This document shows positions 1 to 9,217 of a DNA stretch of 49,889 nucleotides, piece by piece. This DNA comes from Candidatus Roizmanbacteria bacterium (GTDB taxonomy: Bacteria > Patescibacteriota > Microgenomatia > UBA1406 > HO2-37-13b). The stretch lies in assembly GCA_038127095.1 (NCBI GenBank), contig JAYPGZ010000007.1, positions 1 through 49,889 on the forward strand, in the 5' to 3' direction. The notes under the pieces are model-generated. The model did no database searches. It saw nothing but the letters and a program-made list of their open reading frames with translations, and had not been told where the DNA came from. Numbering within the stretch: position 1 is the first letter of the stretch; each line of letters starts with the position of its first letter. The position numbers and the translations under genes are program-made.

Positions 1-654
1 TACGTTAATGTATTAGTGCCGGCCATAGGTGGACAAAAGAAAGATGTTTCGGCTGTCATTATTAAAGATGGAAATTCTCAAAAGCCGATTGCAGTACTTG
101 ATGGAACAAACTTTACTTGGAAACAATTTTATGAACCCTTCGGTGCAGATATGTATTGGATGGGTCCTGAATATGAGGCGCGGATGCCGGCTGGCACGTA
201 TGAAATTAGTGTAAGTAGTACCAATAATGACAGTAAATATTCACTTGCAATTGGTGAAATTGAGGCATTTGATAGAGCCGAAGGCATTAATGCGCTCACA
301 ACTATTCCTAAGCTTAAAAGTGATTTTTTTAATAAATCTCCGATTGGTTTTATTTCATCTCCTTTTGGTTGGGGACTTATTGTAGCAATGTATGTACTTG
401 CCGTTGTTTTTGGACTAGTGTATCGATTTGTCTTACAACGAATTACCAAAGGTACCGTACGTGGTGTTCGTAAAAATATTGGTTCACGCGATCGGCTGCT
501 TCGTGTTGTAATCGGAATAGGTTTGCTTATGTGGGCAATTACTACTACTTGGAATCCTCTTATAATCTTTTTATCTGGTTTTGCATTTTTTGAAGCGCTC
601 TTTAGCTGGTGTGGATTTTATGCAGCGTTGGGTAAGAATACGTGTCCGCTATAA
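1..654 (+). CDS. Membrane protein with C-terminal DUF2892 (YgaP-like) domain, 5'-truncated
   Basis: Frame is open from base 1. The C-terminus KNIGSRDRLLR...WCGFYAALGKNTCP matches the DUF2892 pattern and follows a soluble region and a TM helix. Confidence 0.75.
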   Translation, partial: YVNVLVPAIGGQKKDVSAVIIKDGNSQKPIAVLDGTNFTWKQFYEPFGADMYWMGPEYEARMPAGTYEISVSSTNNDSKYSLAIGEIEAFDRAEGINALTTIPKLKSDFFNKSPIGFISSPFGWGLIVAMYVLAVVFGLVYRFVLQRITKGTVRGVRKNIGSRDRLLRVVIGIGLLMWAITTTWNPLIIFLSGFAFFEALFSWCGFYAALGKNTCPL

Positions 655-684
655 TGGGGATGCGGATAAGCAATATATGTAATT

Positions 685-1137
685 ATGATGAGCTTTCATT
701 TAGATTTTTTTGGACTCTTTATATTTATTTCAGGGTTTATTATTGGACTTGGAGCTGTAACGGTTATCGATATTCTTGGTTTTTTAGGTAGAAAATCTGC
801 ATACTGGACTGAAGCAGCGATTCGTGCTCACAAAGTAACTAAACCCCTGATTTGGATTGGAATTCTACTTACAATTCTTGGAGGACGTATTGTGTATCGC
901 AATGAAACTTTGGAAGGAATTCCCCTGTATCATGCAATAATCGCATGTATGCTTATTCTGAATGGATTATTTCTTACTTTTTATGTAAGTCCGTATTTAT
1001 TAAAAAAAGAACATGCAAAAAAACAACGAGAACTGTTGCCCGATTCTTTACAACATAAACTAATTATTAGTTTGATTCTTTCGGATATTGGTTGGTGGAG
1101 TGGATTGTTACTATTAGTTCAGTATATTACGCGGTAA
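685..1137 (+). CDS. Hypothetical 4-TM membrane protein
   Basis: 150-aa ORF with four hydrophobic segments, 3 nt from the next gene. Confidence 0.7.
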   Translation: MMSFHLDFFGLFIFISGFIIGLGAVTVIDILGFLGRKSAYWTEAAIRAHKVTKPLIWIGILLTILGGRIVYRNETLEGIPLYHAIIACMLILNGLFLTFYVSPYLLKKEHAKKQRELLPDSLQHKLIISLILSDIGWWSGLLLLVQYITR

Positions 1138-1140
1138 TTT

Positions 1141-1584
1141 ATGCCCAAAAAGGTAGTTGATTTGCACTTCAGTCCAGACTTGACTCCCAAACAAATGCTT
1201 GAACTGGGTGTTTTTGGAGGTTTATATTTTTCCGATAAACCACATGAATTTCCAAACGATTGGTGGGAAAATGCAAAACTTTCTCCTGATGGAAAGAAAC
1301 ACAGTGAGCTCAATTATTTTAAGGTTAACGCAAGTCAGCCACTTTCAGTGTGGAAAGCAAAAGGATGGATTAATCCACAAGATCCGCGAGGATGGTTTCA
1401 ATGGTATTGTCGATATTATGTGGGGCGCAGAAGTGAAGATGACCAGCGACAAATAAAACGGTGGAGGGCAATGCAAAGACATGTTGCTCAAATAAAGAAT
1501 AATTGCAAACCGGGCGATATTATATGTCGACCAAAGCAGCGACAGGCCTTGTTGCACTGGGCATATGATGCGAGAAAGATATAA
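1141..1584 (+). CDS. Conserved hypothetical protein (GWFQWYCRYYxGRR motif)
   Basis: 147-aa ORF with motif-like blocks LTPKQMLELGVFGG, DPRGWFQWYCRYY and RQRQALLHWAYD; no function recognised. Confidence 0.8.
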   Translation: MPKKVVDLHFSPDLTPKQMLELGVFGGLYFSDKPHEFPNDWWENAKLSPDGKKHSELNYFKVNASQPLSVWKAKGWINPQDPRGWFQWYCRYYVGRRSEDDQRQIKRWRAMQRHVAQIKNNCKPGDIICRPKQRQALLHWAYDARKI

Positions 1585-1677
1585 ATAAGCAAGTGTTGAG
1601 AATTATTTCAATTTTTTTGATTATTTTTCAATTTATCTCACTTGTATAGCTAGAATAATATTTGGTATCATAACTTC

Positions 1678-2187
1678 ATGAGTAAACTTATTACCTGTAT
1701 TTGGTTTGCAAATAACAATGGTGAAGAAGCGGTAAAATATTACATAGATACGTTTAATGCTGCTCCTGGAAACCATACGGCAACAATGGGCGACATTACA
1801 AAAGCTCCTAAAGCATCTGAAGATGTTTCCGGAATACCTGAAGGATCTGTAATGACAGCCGAATGCGAACTTGATGGTATAAGTTTTATGTTTTTGAACG
1901 GTGGTCCTGTTGAGCAATTTAAATTATCTGGTGCAACTTCATATATTATTGAATGTGAAACACAGGAAGAAATTGATTTCTTTTGGGCAAAATTATCTGC
2001 AGTACCAGAATCTGAACAATGCGGATGGTGTACTGATAAATTTGGAATTACGTGGCAAGTCGTTCCTAAAATTCTAGATGAACTGATGCGTGACCCTTCA
2101 AAAGCGGAAGCGGTAACTGCCGCATTCATGCCCATGAAAAAACTTGACCTTGAAACAATACGAAAAGCTGGAGAGTTTTTTAAATAA
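1678..2187 (+). CDS. VOC/PhnB-family (glyoxalase superfamily, 3-demethylubiquinone-9 methyltransferase-like) protein
   Basis: TCIWF..EEAVKYY, FMFLNGGP, EQCGWCTDKFGITWQVVP and MKKLD motifs. Confidence 0.9.
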   Translation: MSKLITCIWFANNNGEEAVKYYIDTFNAAPGNHTATMGDITKAPKASEDVSGIPEGSVMTAECELDGISFMFLNGGPVEQFKLSGATSYIIECETQEEIDFFWAKLSAVPESEQCGWCTDKFGITWQVVPKILDELMRDPSKAEAVTAAFMPMKKLDLETIRKAGEFFK

Positions 2188-2347
2188 AAAACATCGAGGT
2201 AATCATCATGATGAGTATTTCAAGTTTAGATTAGTATGTTTGTAAGACATACATTCGAATCATGATTGATAACTTGCAATGACGATGCTTACGTAAGAGG
2301 TAAGTGTTGAACTTGTAGTATGTAGTTGATATATTATTGATAATTAT

Positions 2348-2914
2348 ATGCACTTTGTCTTATCCGAATACAAAACTTTATCAAAAGAACTAGAAGCCGA
2401 AGTTTACGATTTCAGACGCAATACTAGTAAAAACGATGGGACCGTAAGGACAGATGAAGAGTGGACAAAGCATTTGGAGAAATATTGCAGTGATGATGAT
2501 ATATTTGCATGGATTTTAGTTCACGATAAGGATAAGTTGGTCGGTATTACTGCAATTTTTAAAAGGCAAATCACTCTTAACGGAAAGAATATTGCATTGG
2601 GGGGGATTGGAAAAGTTCGCGTTAAAGAAGAATATCGGAGAAAAGGTATAGCTTCACAAATGATGAAGCGAGCAATGGAAATACTCCAGTCTATGCGATG
2701 TGATATTGCACTTTTAAGTCCAGACCCAAGTCCATTTGTAATAAGATTTTATGAAAAGTTTGGTTTTTTAATGATGCAAACTCCATATATTTACTTTGGA
2801 AAGAGTGGAGGTCAATATACTGATTACGGGATGGTTTTTCCATATAATATGGATGTAAGGAGCCAGATTCTTACTGATAAAGTCCAATTAAATATTGGAA
2901 AAGGTAATTGGTAA
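2348..2914 (+). CDS. GNAT family N-acetyltransferase
   Basis: Acetyl-CoA motif A (VKEEYRRKGIASQMM) and motif B (FYEKFGF). Confidence 0.88.
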   Translation: MHFVLSEYKTLSKELEAEVYDFRRNTSKNDGTVRTDEEWTKHLEKYCSDDDIFAWILVHDKDKLVGITAIFKRQITLNGKNIALGGIGKVRVKEEYRRKGIASQMMKRAMEILQSMRCDIALLSPDPSPFVIRFYEKFGFLMMQTPYIYFGKSGGQYTDYGMVFPYNMDVRSQILTDKVQLNIGKGNW

Positions 2915-2958
2915 AATTGTTATCTTTGTGTCTGATATTACAATTTAATCAAATACCT

Positions 2959-3006
2959 ATGAAAGGTTTTATACAGTTTATTTGTGAACAAGGAGTTGTT
3001 AGTTTG
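2959..3006 (+). repeat. 48-bp direct repeat, left copy (right copy 6673-6720)
   Basis: atgaaaggttttatacagtttatt[t/c]gtgaacaaggagttgtt[a/g]gtttg. Confidence 0.92.
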
Positions 3007-3051
3007 CCTTCAGTAGGAAATTCTATTTTGATATACGAAAAGGCATGGTAA
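2959..3051 (+). pseudogene. mscL 5' fragment (16 codons) running into unrelated sequence
   Basis: 2959-3006 equals 6673-6720 with 2 mismatches. It reads MKGFIQFICEQGVVSL, then diverges and stops at 3051. Confidence 0.8.
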
Positions 3052-3184
3052 TGATTTAGAATCATCATCGTCATTTTATAGTTTCTATTATGTTTTGAAA
3101 TTTGACGAACAATCTCGCATTGCAATCAATTGTGGTATAGAGCATAATGAGGAAAATTGTTTGCAGGGAAAGGTGGTGAAAAAT

Positions 3185-3685
3185 ATGAAAAAAATAACAA
3201 TGCTACTACTTATTACACTCTTGTTGAGTCTTTCAGCAAGCGCTACGATGGCTGCACAAAATACTACAAAAGGGGTAAATGAATTTGGATACAACTATTC
3301 AGCAAGAACATTTGTAGGACTGGCAGATGGTGTAGATAAAGTACTTGATGGAAAAGTTTGGGGAGGCACGGCTTATGCTAAAGACCGTTTGGTAATGAAA
3401 TGGAATGCTGAATGGGATCGAGGAAACGCAGAAGGATGGACTGATCCAAACGGATATGATGCGTGGGAAAATAATGAGTGGAATGGAGCCGTTCCAGGTG
3501 GAAGTGGCGAAGTGTGGCATTACAAAATCAAATGGGTAGGAAGCGCACTAGAAAATAGTCCTCGTTGGGTACAAGGAGGATACCCTATATGGGGTCAGTT
3601 TGAAGTAATTATGGATCAGGGTGTTTCCGGGAGCGAACATATTTGGTATGCTCGAGGAATTCCCTCAGGATACGGTGCGCAGTAA
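3185..3685 (+). CDS. Secreted Trp/Gly-rich hypothetical protein
   Basis: The start at MKKITMLLL gives a signal peptide (...ATMA/AQ). SD-like aaggtggtga upstream; 11 Trp. Confidence 0.75.
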   Translation: MKKITMLLLITLLLSLSASATMAAQNTTKGVNEFGYNYSARTFVGLADGVDKVLDGKVWGGTAYAKDRLVMKWNAEWDRGNAEGWTDPNGYDAWENNEWNGAVPGGSGEVWHYKIKWVGSALENSPRWVQGGYPIWGQFEVIMDQGVSGSEHIWYARGIPSGYGAQ

Positions 3686-3699
3686 GATAGTCATAAAAT

Positions 3700-3727
3700 A
3701 AATAGCCCACGTGTATGTGGGCTATTT
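3700..3727 (+). terminator. Hairpin, probable intrinsic terminator
   Basis: aaatagcccac-gtgtat-gtgggctattt: perfect 11-bp inverted repeat 14 nt after the stop at 3685. Confidence 0.7.
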
Positions 3728-3759
3728 GCATGATTATTCTTTTTGATATACTGAAGCTA

Positions 3760-4311
3760 ATGAAATATTGGAAGTATAACAACCTTACTTTTCTAACACT
3801 GTCTCTTATTCTTACATTTTTCATTTTGCGCAACGAATCATTACACTCTTATTTATTACACTTGGGGAATTTTGGTTATTTGGGTGCTTTTTTTGCCGGC
3901 ATATTGTTTGTGTCTACATTTACGGTGGCAACAGGAGCAATACTACTCTTGGTTCTGGCCGAAACGTTATCGCCTATTGAAATAGGAATTATCGCGGGCT
4001 TAGGGGCTGTTGTAGGTGATTTTATTATTTTCCGATTTGTAAAAAATGGATTGAGTCGCGAAATTAAACAACTATATTCTGTATTTGATAAAAATCATCA
4101 TTTTAGAAAAGTACTGCATACAAAATATTTTAGCTGGACGCTGCCGGTGGTAGGAGCAATTATTATTGCATCTCCGCTTCCCGACGAAGTTGGGGTAAGT
4201 TTAATGGGAATTTCCAAACTGAGAACGTATCAATTTTTGATGGTGTCTTTCCTTCTAAACGCAATCGGGATAATTATTGTAGTATCTGCTTCTGCTGTCA
4301 TAAAGCCGTAA
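3760..4311 (+). CDS. DedA/VTT (SNARE-associated)-like membrane protein
   Basis: GAVVGDFIIFRF, SPLPDE and GISKL motifs; hydrophobic. Start chosen from a -10 box 7 nt upstream. Confidence 0.7.
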   Translation: MKYWKYNNLTFLTLSLILTFFILRNESLHSYLLHLGNFGYLGAFFAGILFVSTFTVATGAILLLVLAETLSPIEIGIIAGLGAVVGDFIIFRFVKNGLSREIKQLYSVFDKNHHFRKVLHTKYFSWTLPVVGAIIIASPLPDEVGVSLMGISKLRTYQFLMVSFLLNAIGIIIVVSASAVIKP

Positions 4312-4385
4312 GAACATTGACTATTTTCCTTAATTAATAAGAAATTTTGTAATTGAACGTTTTTCAAACAGTGTATACTCTTACC

Positions 4386-4970
4386 ATGAAAGAACTTTTT
4401 GCTATCATTGCATCGGTTTTTGCCATTATTGGAAATATTTCATATTTCCGTGATGTCATTTCAAAAAAAATTAAACCTCATCCATATACATGGTTTGTGT
4501 GGACAATTGTTTCTGGGGTAACTTTCTTTGGGCAGTTGGTAAAAGGAGCGGGGATTGGTGCATTACCAACAGGAATTGCAGAATTATTTACCCTGTTGAT
4601 TTTTTTATTTTCACTACAGTATGGTTTTAAACACGTTACAAAGTCGGATACCTATTATTTAATATTTGCATTGCTTGGTTTAATTCCTTGGGTATTATTA
4701 AAAGACCCAACAGTCTCTATTATTATTGTAGTCACGATCGATTTGATTGCATTTATTCCTGCGTTTGGCAAAACAAAACGTAATCCTACAACTGAAAGAC
4801 CTGCGTTATATGCAATGAATGTTGCCCGTCATGTTCTTACTTTGTTCTCTCTCCGATCATACAACATCGCAACCACGTTGCATTCCATTGCCATGATTAT
4901 TGCAAATACTTATATGACATTCTTGATAATGAAAAAACAGGTAAACAAATCTTCTCCTGCAAGTCGTTGA
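4386..4970 (+). CDS. Multi-pass membrane protein
   Basis: About 7 TM segments, with KPHPYTW and PTTE motifs; TATACT 6 nt upstream of the ATG. Confidence 0.75.
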   Translation: MKELFAIIASVFAIIGNISYFRDVISKKIKPHPYTWFVWTIVSGVTFFGQLVKGAGIGALPTGIAELFTLLIFLFSLQYGFKHVTKSDTYYLIFALLGLIPWVLLKDPTVSIIIVVTIDLIAFIPAFGKTKRNPTTERPALYAMNVARHVLTLFSLRSYNIATTLHSIAMIIANTYMTFLIMKKQVNKSSPASR

Positions 4971-5006
4971 CCAACTGTCCTGCACCTGATATACTATAGG
5001 TTCGCT

Positions 5007-6629
5007 ATGAAGCACTATACCATCACCAGTCGCCCTGTTATGTCTCAAAATGAAAAAATGCTGTTTGGCGTATTATACGCATTGGGTCTTTCGGCTACCG
5101 TTTTATTTGCTTCATGGTGGTTTTTACCCGAGCATATTCCTCATAATTTCTCTGGGATACTGCATATTCTTGACTTTGGACTTTTTTTTGCGCTTTCATA
5201 TATTGTGTGGTATCAAATCATGAATGAGGTATTTTATTGGTACAACGCATCTGTTATGAGAACAATTGTGCCAACACGACCTGAAGTGGGCTTATCGGTT
5301 GCATTCTTAACAGCATTTGTGCCCGGGAGCGAATCGTATGAAGTGCTTGAAAAAAATGTTAAAGCAATGGTTGCTGTTGATTATCCACACGATACCTGGG
5401 TGCTAGATGAAGGAAATGATCAGACAGCAAAACAAATCTGTAAAAAATATGGTGCTCAGCATTTTTCTCGAAAAGGGATTGCTCGATACAATATGGAAGA
5501 AGGTGAGTTTAAAAAGAAAACTAAGGGAGGAAATTATAATGCGTGGTTTGACATGCATGGCTTGGAATACCACATTGTTGCACAAGTCGACGTTGACTTT
5601 ATTCCCAAAAAAAACTTTTTAATGCAAACTTTAGGTTACTTTAAAGATCCTAAAATTGCATTTGTTGGAACTCCGCAAATATATGGAAATCAGCATGAAT
5701 CCTGGATTGCACGAGGAAGTGCAGAGCAGGCGTTTAGCTTTTATGGTCCGATGCAGCGTGGTTTTAATTTTACTAACATGTCACTTTTTATTGGAGCTAA
5801 TCACGTATTTCGATCGATTGCACATAACGATGTAAATGGATACGCAGGACACATAGTTGAAGATCATTTAACTGGCATGAATATTTATAAGAAGAAATGG
5901 AAAAGTGTATATGTTCCAAAAGTGCTTGCAGTCGGAGAAGGTCCTGCCACGTGGAGTTCATATTTTCATCAGCAAATGCGATGGGCATATGGACTGTTTC
6001 ATATTCTTCTAAATCACAGTCCAAAGATTTATCCAACATTACGATTTCGTCACATAGTAAATTATGCAATACTGCAACAATATTATTTTTATGGAATTTT
6101 GCAAGTGTTGGGAATCATTTTATTAAGTACCTATTTCATATTTGGATTAAACGCAACAAATGCAGAAGTAATACCTATGATTAGTGCTTACGCTCTCCTA
6201 CTCGCAGTTCAGTTACTAATAAGTACCTGGTTACAGCGATTTTTTGTAGATCCATCACAGGAATCTGGGCTGCATATTCGGGCTAAGTTACTCAACATAG
6301 CGGTTTGGCCTATTTATTTTCTCGCCTTTGTTTCGGTTCTTTTTAACAAAAAAATCACGTATAAAGTGACACCAAAAGGACACAAGGAACAAGGTCCAAC
6401 AAGTATCGTCTTGTTTTTGCCCCATGCATTATTAGGAGTACTTTCTGCAATTACAATTGCTGTAGGAGTGAATACTCAGCACACCGCGTTGCATCTCATG
6501 TTTTTTGCACTGTTAAACACTAGTGCAATGTTTGGATTTTTTTGCATGGTATTGCTTGAAAACATTCGTCATTATTTCAGAAATATACGAATAAAACTAC
6601 AGATACCGCTTCTGTTCAACCCATCATAA
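5007..6629 (+). CDS. Processive GT2, cellulose synthase catalytic subunit (BcsA)-like, without PilZ
   Basis: LDEG, KGGNYN, DVD, TPQ, VED and QQMRW (D,D,D,QxxRW) with flanking TM helices. Confidence 0.88.
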   Translation: MKHYTITSRPVMSQNEKMLFGVLYALGLSATVLFASWWFLPEHIPHNFSGILHILDFGLFFALSYIVWYQIMNEVFYWYNASVMRTIVPTRPEVGLSVAFLTAFVPGSESYEVLEKNVKAMVAVDYPHDTWVLDEGNDQTAKQICKKYGAQHFSRKGIARYNMEEGEFKKKTKGGNYNAWFDMHGLEYHIVAQVDVDFIPKKNFLMQTLGYFKDPKIAFVGTPQIYGNQHESWIARGSAEQAFSFYGPMQRGFNFTNMSLFIGANHVFRSIAHNDVNGYAGHIVEDHLTGMNIYKKKWKSVYVPKVLAVGEGPATWSSYFHQQMRWAYGLFHILLNHSPKIYPTLRFRHIVNYAILQQYYFYGILQVLGIILLSTYFIFGLNATNAEVIPMISAYALLLAVQLLISTWLQRFFVDPSQESGLHIRAKLLNIAVWPIYFLAFVSVLFNKKITYKVTPKGHKEQGPTSIVLFLPHALLGVLSAITIAVGVNTQHTALHLMFFALLNTSAMFGFFCMVLLENIRHYFRNIRIKLQIPLLFNPS

Positions 6630-6672
6630 AATTTGCTATACTTATCTCATTGTTATTAATTCAATCATGATT

Positions 6673-6972
6673 ATGAAAGGTTTTATACAGTTTATTCGTG
6701 AACAAGGAGTTGTTGGTTTGGCGGTTGGATTTATTTTAGGCGGAGCAGTTTCTAAATTAGTGACGGCGCTCGTTACCGATATTATTAGTCCAATTTTAGC
6801 ATTAGGTATGGATAATGTAAAAAATCTTAAAGATGCATATGTGCAAGTTGGATCTGCACGAATACTGTGGGGAAATTTTCTGAATGTGACAATTGATTTT
6901 TTAGTGGTAGCTTTAGTTGTGTACTTTGGAGTTAAGTTGTTGCGGTTAGACAAAGTAGATAAGAAGAAATGA
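6673..6972 (+). CDS. mscL: Large-conductance mechanosensitive channel MscL (short form)
   Basis: GVVGLAVGFILGGA, LVTDIISP and WGNFLNVTIDFLVVA motifs. Confidence 0.92.
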   Translation: MKGFIQFIREQGVVGLAVGFILGGAVSKLVTALVTDIISPILALGMDNVKNLKDAYVQVGSARILWGNFLNVTIDFLVVALVVYFGVKLLRLDKVDKKK

Positions 6973-6994
6973 GTTATACATTTTAATTTACAGT

Positions 6995-7615
6995 ATGAAA
7001 AAATTTGACGAACTGGCTAGTGCCGAATCGATTGAAAAAGTTGTAACAAATTTGAAAGCTCATCATATCGATGCTATTGTTGTAGAAACAGGGAAAGACG
7101 CGCACGATAAGATTCTCGAGCTTGTTCCTTCCGGAGCATCGGTCATGAACGGATCATCACGAACACTTGAGCAAATTGGAATTGTTGAAACACTGAAAAG
7201 TGATGAGCAAGGATGGATCAATCACCATGCTGCTATTGTTGCCCAAACAGATCCGGTAAAACAAGCCGAACTTCGAAAACAAGCTTTGCTTTCCGATTAT
7301 TATCTGGGTAGTGTACATGCGGTAACCGAAGAAGGTGAATTTGTTGTTGCTTCAAATACCGGAAGTCAATTGCCTCATATCGTATATTCATCGGCCAACA
7401 TAGTGCTCGTTGTTGGTGTGCAAAAAATTGTGACAGACATTTATGAAGCCGTGAAGCGGATTAACGAATATGTCGTACCTTTAGAAGATGAAAATATGCA
7501 GCAAAAATATGGAATGGGAACTCAGCTTAATAAGCTGGTTATTGTTAAAGGCGAGAACCCCATGTTTGGAAGAAAAGTAACGATGATTTTAGTAAAAGAA
7601 AAATTGGGATTTTAA
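6995..7615 (+). CDS. LUD-domain (lactate utilization LutB/C, YkgG-like) protein
   Basis: GSSRTLEQIG, DYYLGSVHAVTEEG, SNTGSQ and VVGVQKIV motifs. Confidence 0.85.
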   Translation: MKKFDELASAESIEKVVTNLKAHHIDAIVVETGKDAHDKILELVPSGASVMNGSSRTLEQIGIVETLKSDEQGWINHHAAIVAQTDPVKQAELRKQALLSDYYLGSVHAVTEEGEFVVASNTGSQLPHIVYSSANIVLVVGVQKIVTDIYEAVKRINEYVVPLEDENMQQKYGMGTQLNKLVIVKGENPMFGRKVTMILVKEKLGF

Positions 7616-8160
7616 TGCTGTACTGATTTGTACCATTTCCCAAACTGTTTCCAATAACCATTGTCGCCAAAGGGATTATTTCCAGCCTGTACATGTTCTG
7701 CAACCGATTTTCCATCGTTTGTCATGGTGACAACTCGATTTGCTGAAAATCCTTCTCCTTGGACTTGTGAAATGAATCGACCTTTGTGTTGAGTGGTAAA
7801 TATCTGTACATGGTGTTTGTCGATATAGCAGAGCGTGTCGTTATTAATAATTGTTTTGTCTTTGTGTCTACTCATTAAACTAAGAAAGTCCTGCGGATCA
7901 AACCACCGATTAATATATTTCATGTACGGTCCAGGAAATCCATGCAAACTGGGAATTGACCAACCATGATCAGTAACAAATAATGGCTCTTTGATTATTT
8001 CAAAAGCTTGTATTGCTTTATGCCGAGCAATTTCTTCAATAGACTCAGACTGAATTTCTATGAGATCAAGTTCTATTGTTTGAAATGTAATACCTAATGG
8101 ATCGAGACCATTTTTAGCAAGTAATATTTTATCTTTATTTTCTGTAATATAAGTAAGCAT
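7612..8160 (-). CDS. Ham1/ITPase-family non-canonical NTP pyrophosphatase
   Basis: ITENKDK, EIQ and TDHGWSIPSLHGFPGPYMK motifs. Confidence 0.85.
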   Translation of the reverse strand: MLTYITENKDKILLAKNGLDPLGITFQTIELDLIEIQSESIEEIARHKAIQAFEIIKEPLFVTDHGWSIPSLHGFPGPYMKYINRWFDPQDFLSLMSRHKDKTIINNDTLCYIDKHHVQIFTTQHKGRFISQVQGEGFSANRVVTMTNDGKSVAEHVQAGNNPFGDNGYWKQFGKWYKSVQH

Positions 8161-8275
8161 GTTTCAAGTATACCACGGTATTTTAATTCCCGGTGCTTAG
8201 CAAGAACATGTTTGCTATAGAGATGTATGAACTCACTAATTCAACTGCCTCTATGTAATTTGATATAATGATCGC

Positions 8276-8851
8276 ATGAAAAGCGCGCTTATTTTACACG
8301 GAGCAGCAAATGACTCGCAAGGGAACTGGTTTCCATGGTTAAAGGGGGCGCTTGAGAGTAAAGGCTACAAAGTTTGGGTACCTGACTTGCCGAATGCAAA
8401 TGAACCTAAATTAAAAGAATGGCTTGAGTCAACTTATGTAAATTCGAAATGGGAATTTACCGATGAGACGATATTGGTAGGTCACTCTGCTGGAGCAACA
8501 TTGATCTTAAGAATCTTGGAGAAACTGCCAGATAATATTCGAATCAATAAAGCAATTTTGGTTGCCGGATGTGTGCGAGTTGGAGAAAAAAAACCAGAAT
8601 ATTTCAAATATAAAAGAGACTTAACAATAGATCCATTTAATTGGGAGAAGATAAAAAAATCTGCTAAAACCTTTTATTTTATACATTCCGATAATGATCC
8701 ATACGAATGTGGGCAAGAAAATGGAGAGATTATGCAGGAAAACCTTGGAGGGAATTTGATTATCAAATCAGGGGAGGGGCACTTTAATTTGGAAAAAGGT
8801 CCTCAGTATAAGCAGTTTCCATTCCTTCTGGAGCTTATCGATAAACCATAA
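8276..8851 (+). CDS. RBBP9/YdeN-family alpha/beta hydrolase
   Basis: ILHG, NWFPWL, GHSAG nucleophile elbow, HSDNDPY and GHF motifs. Confidence 0.92.
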   Translation: MKSALILHGAANDSQGNWFPWLKGALESKGYKVWVPDLPNANEPKLKEWLESTYVNSKWEFTDETILVGHSAGATLILRILEKLPDNIRINKAILVAGCVRVGEKKPEYFKYKRDLTIDPFNWEKIKKSAKTFYFIHSDNDPYECGQENGEIMQENLGGNLIIKSGEGHFNLEKGPQYKQFPFLLELIDKP

Positions 8852-9093
8852 TGTATTTTTTGTATATCCTTCGTTGTGCCGATAATTCCTTGTATTGCGG
8901 AATAACAAATAATGTTGACGAACGACTGAAAGAACACAATGTAGGTAACGGTTCGAAGTATGTTCGATCTCGATTACCAGCGATTTTGGCATATTCAGAG
9001 GTGCACGCAACATTATCAAGCGCATTAAAACGAGAGGCAGAAATAAAAAAATGGAGTAAAAAGAATAAGGAAGCTTTCATTAAATCACATTAG
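8851..9093 (+). CDS. Small GIY-YIG nuclease (UPF0213/YhbQ-like)
   Basis: LYILRCADNSLYCGITNNVDERLKEHN, GSKY and ALKREAEIKKW motifs. Confidence 0.92.
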   Translation: MYFLYILRCADNSLYCGITNNVDERLKEHNVGNGSKYVRSRLPAILAYSEVHATLSSALKREAEIKKWSKKNKEAFIKSH

Positions 9094-9217
9094 CGATTGC
9101 ACAAAGTAGCATCTTTGGTATAATACCATTTAGGTCTTTTTGGAACTGCTTGTCTATATTAGTTCCTGCTCCCGTTTGAAGTTTGTTAGTGATTAATTAT
9201 ATTGATTAATTTTTAGT

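Noticed and set aside
1590-1644. Imperfect inverted repeat caagtg...cacttg as an attC site or ncRNA
   Set aside because: Short arms in very AT-rich DNA and a single occurrence; at most a weak terminator.
8851-9093. GIY-YIG nuclease as the mobiliser of the palindromic repeats
   Set aside because: Not flanked by any repeat copy; it looks like an ordinary UPF0213 gene coupled to the hydrolase.
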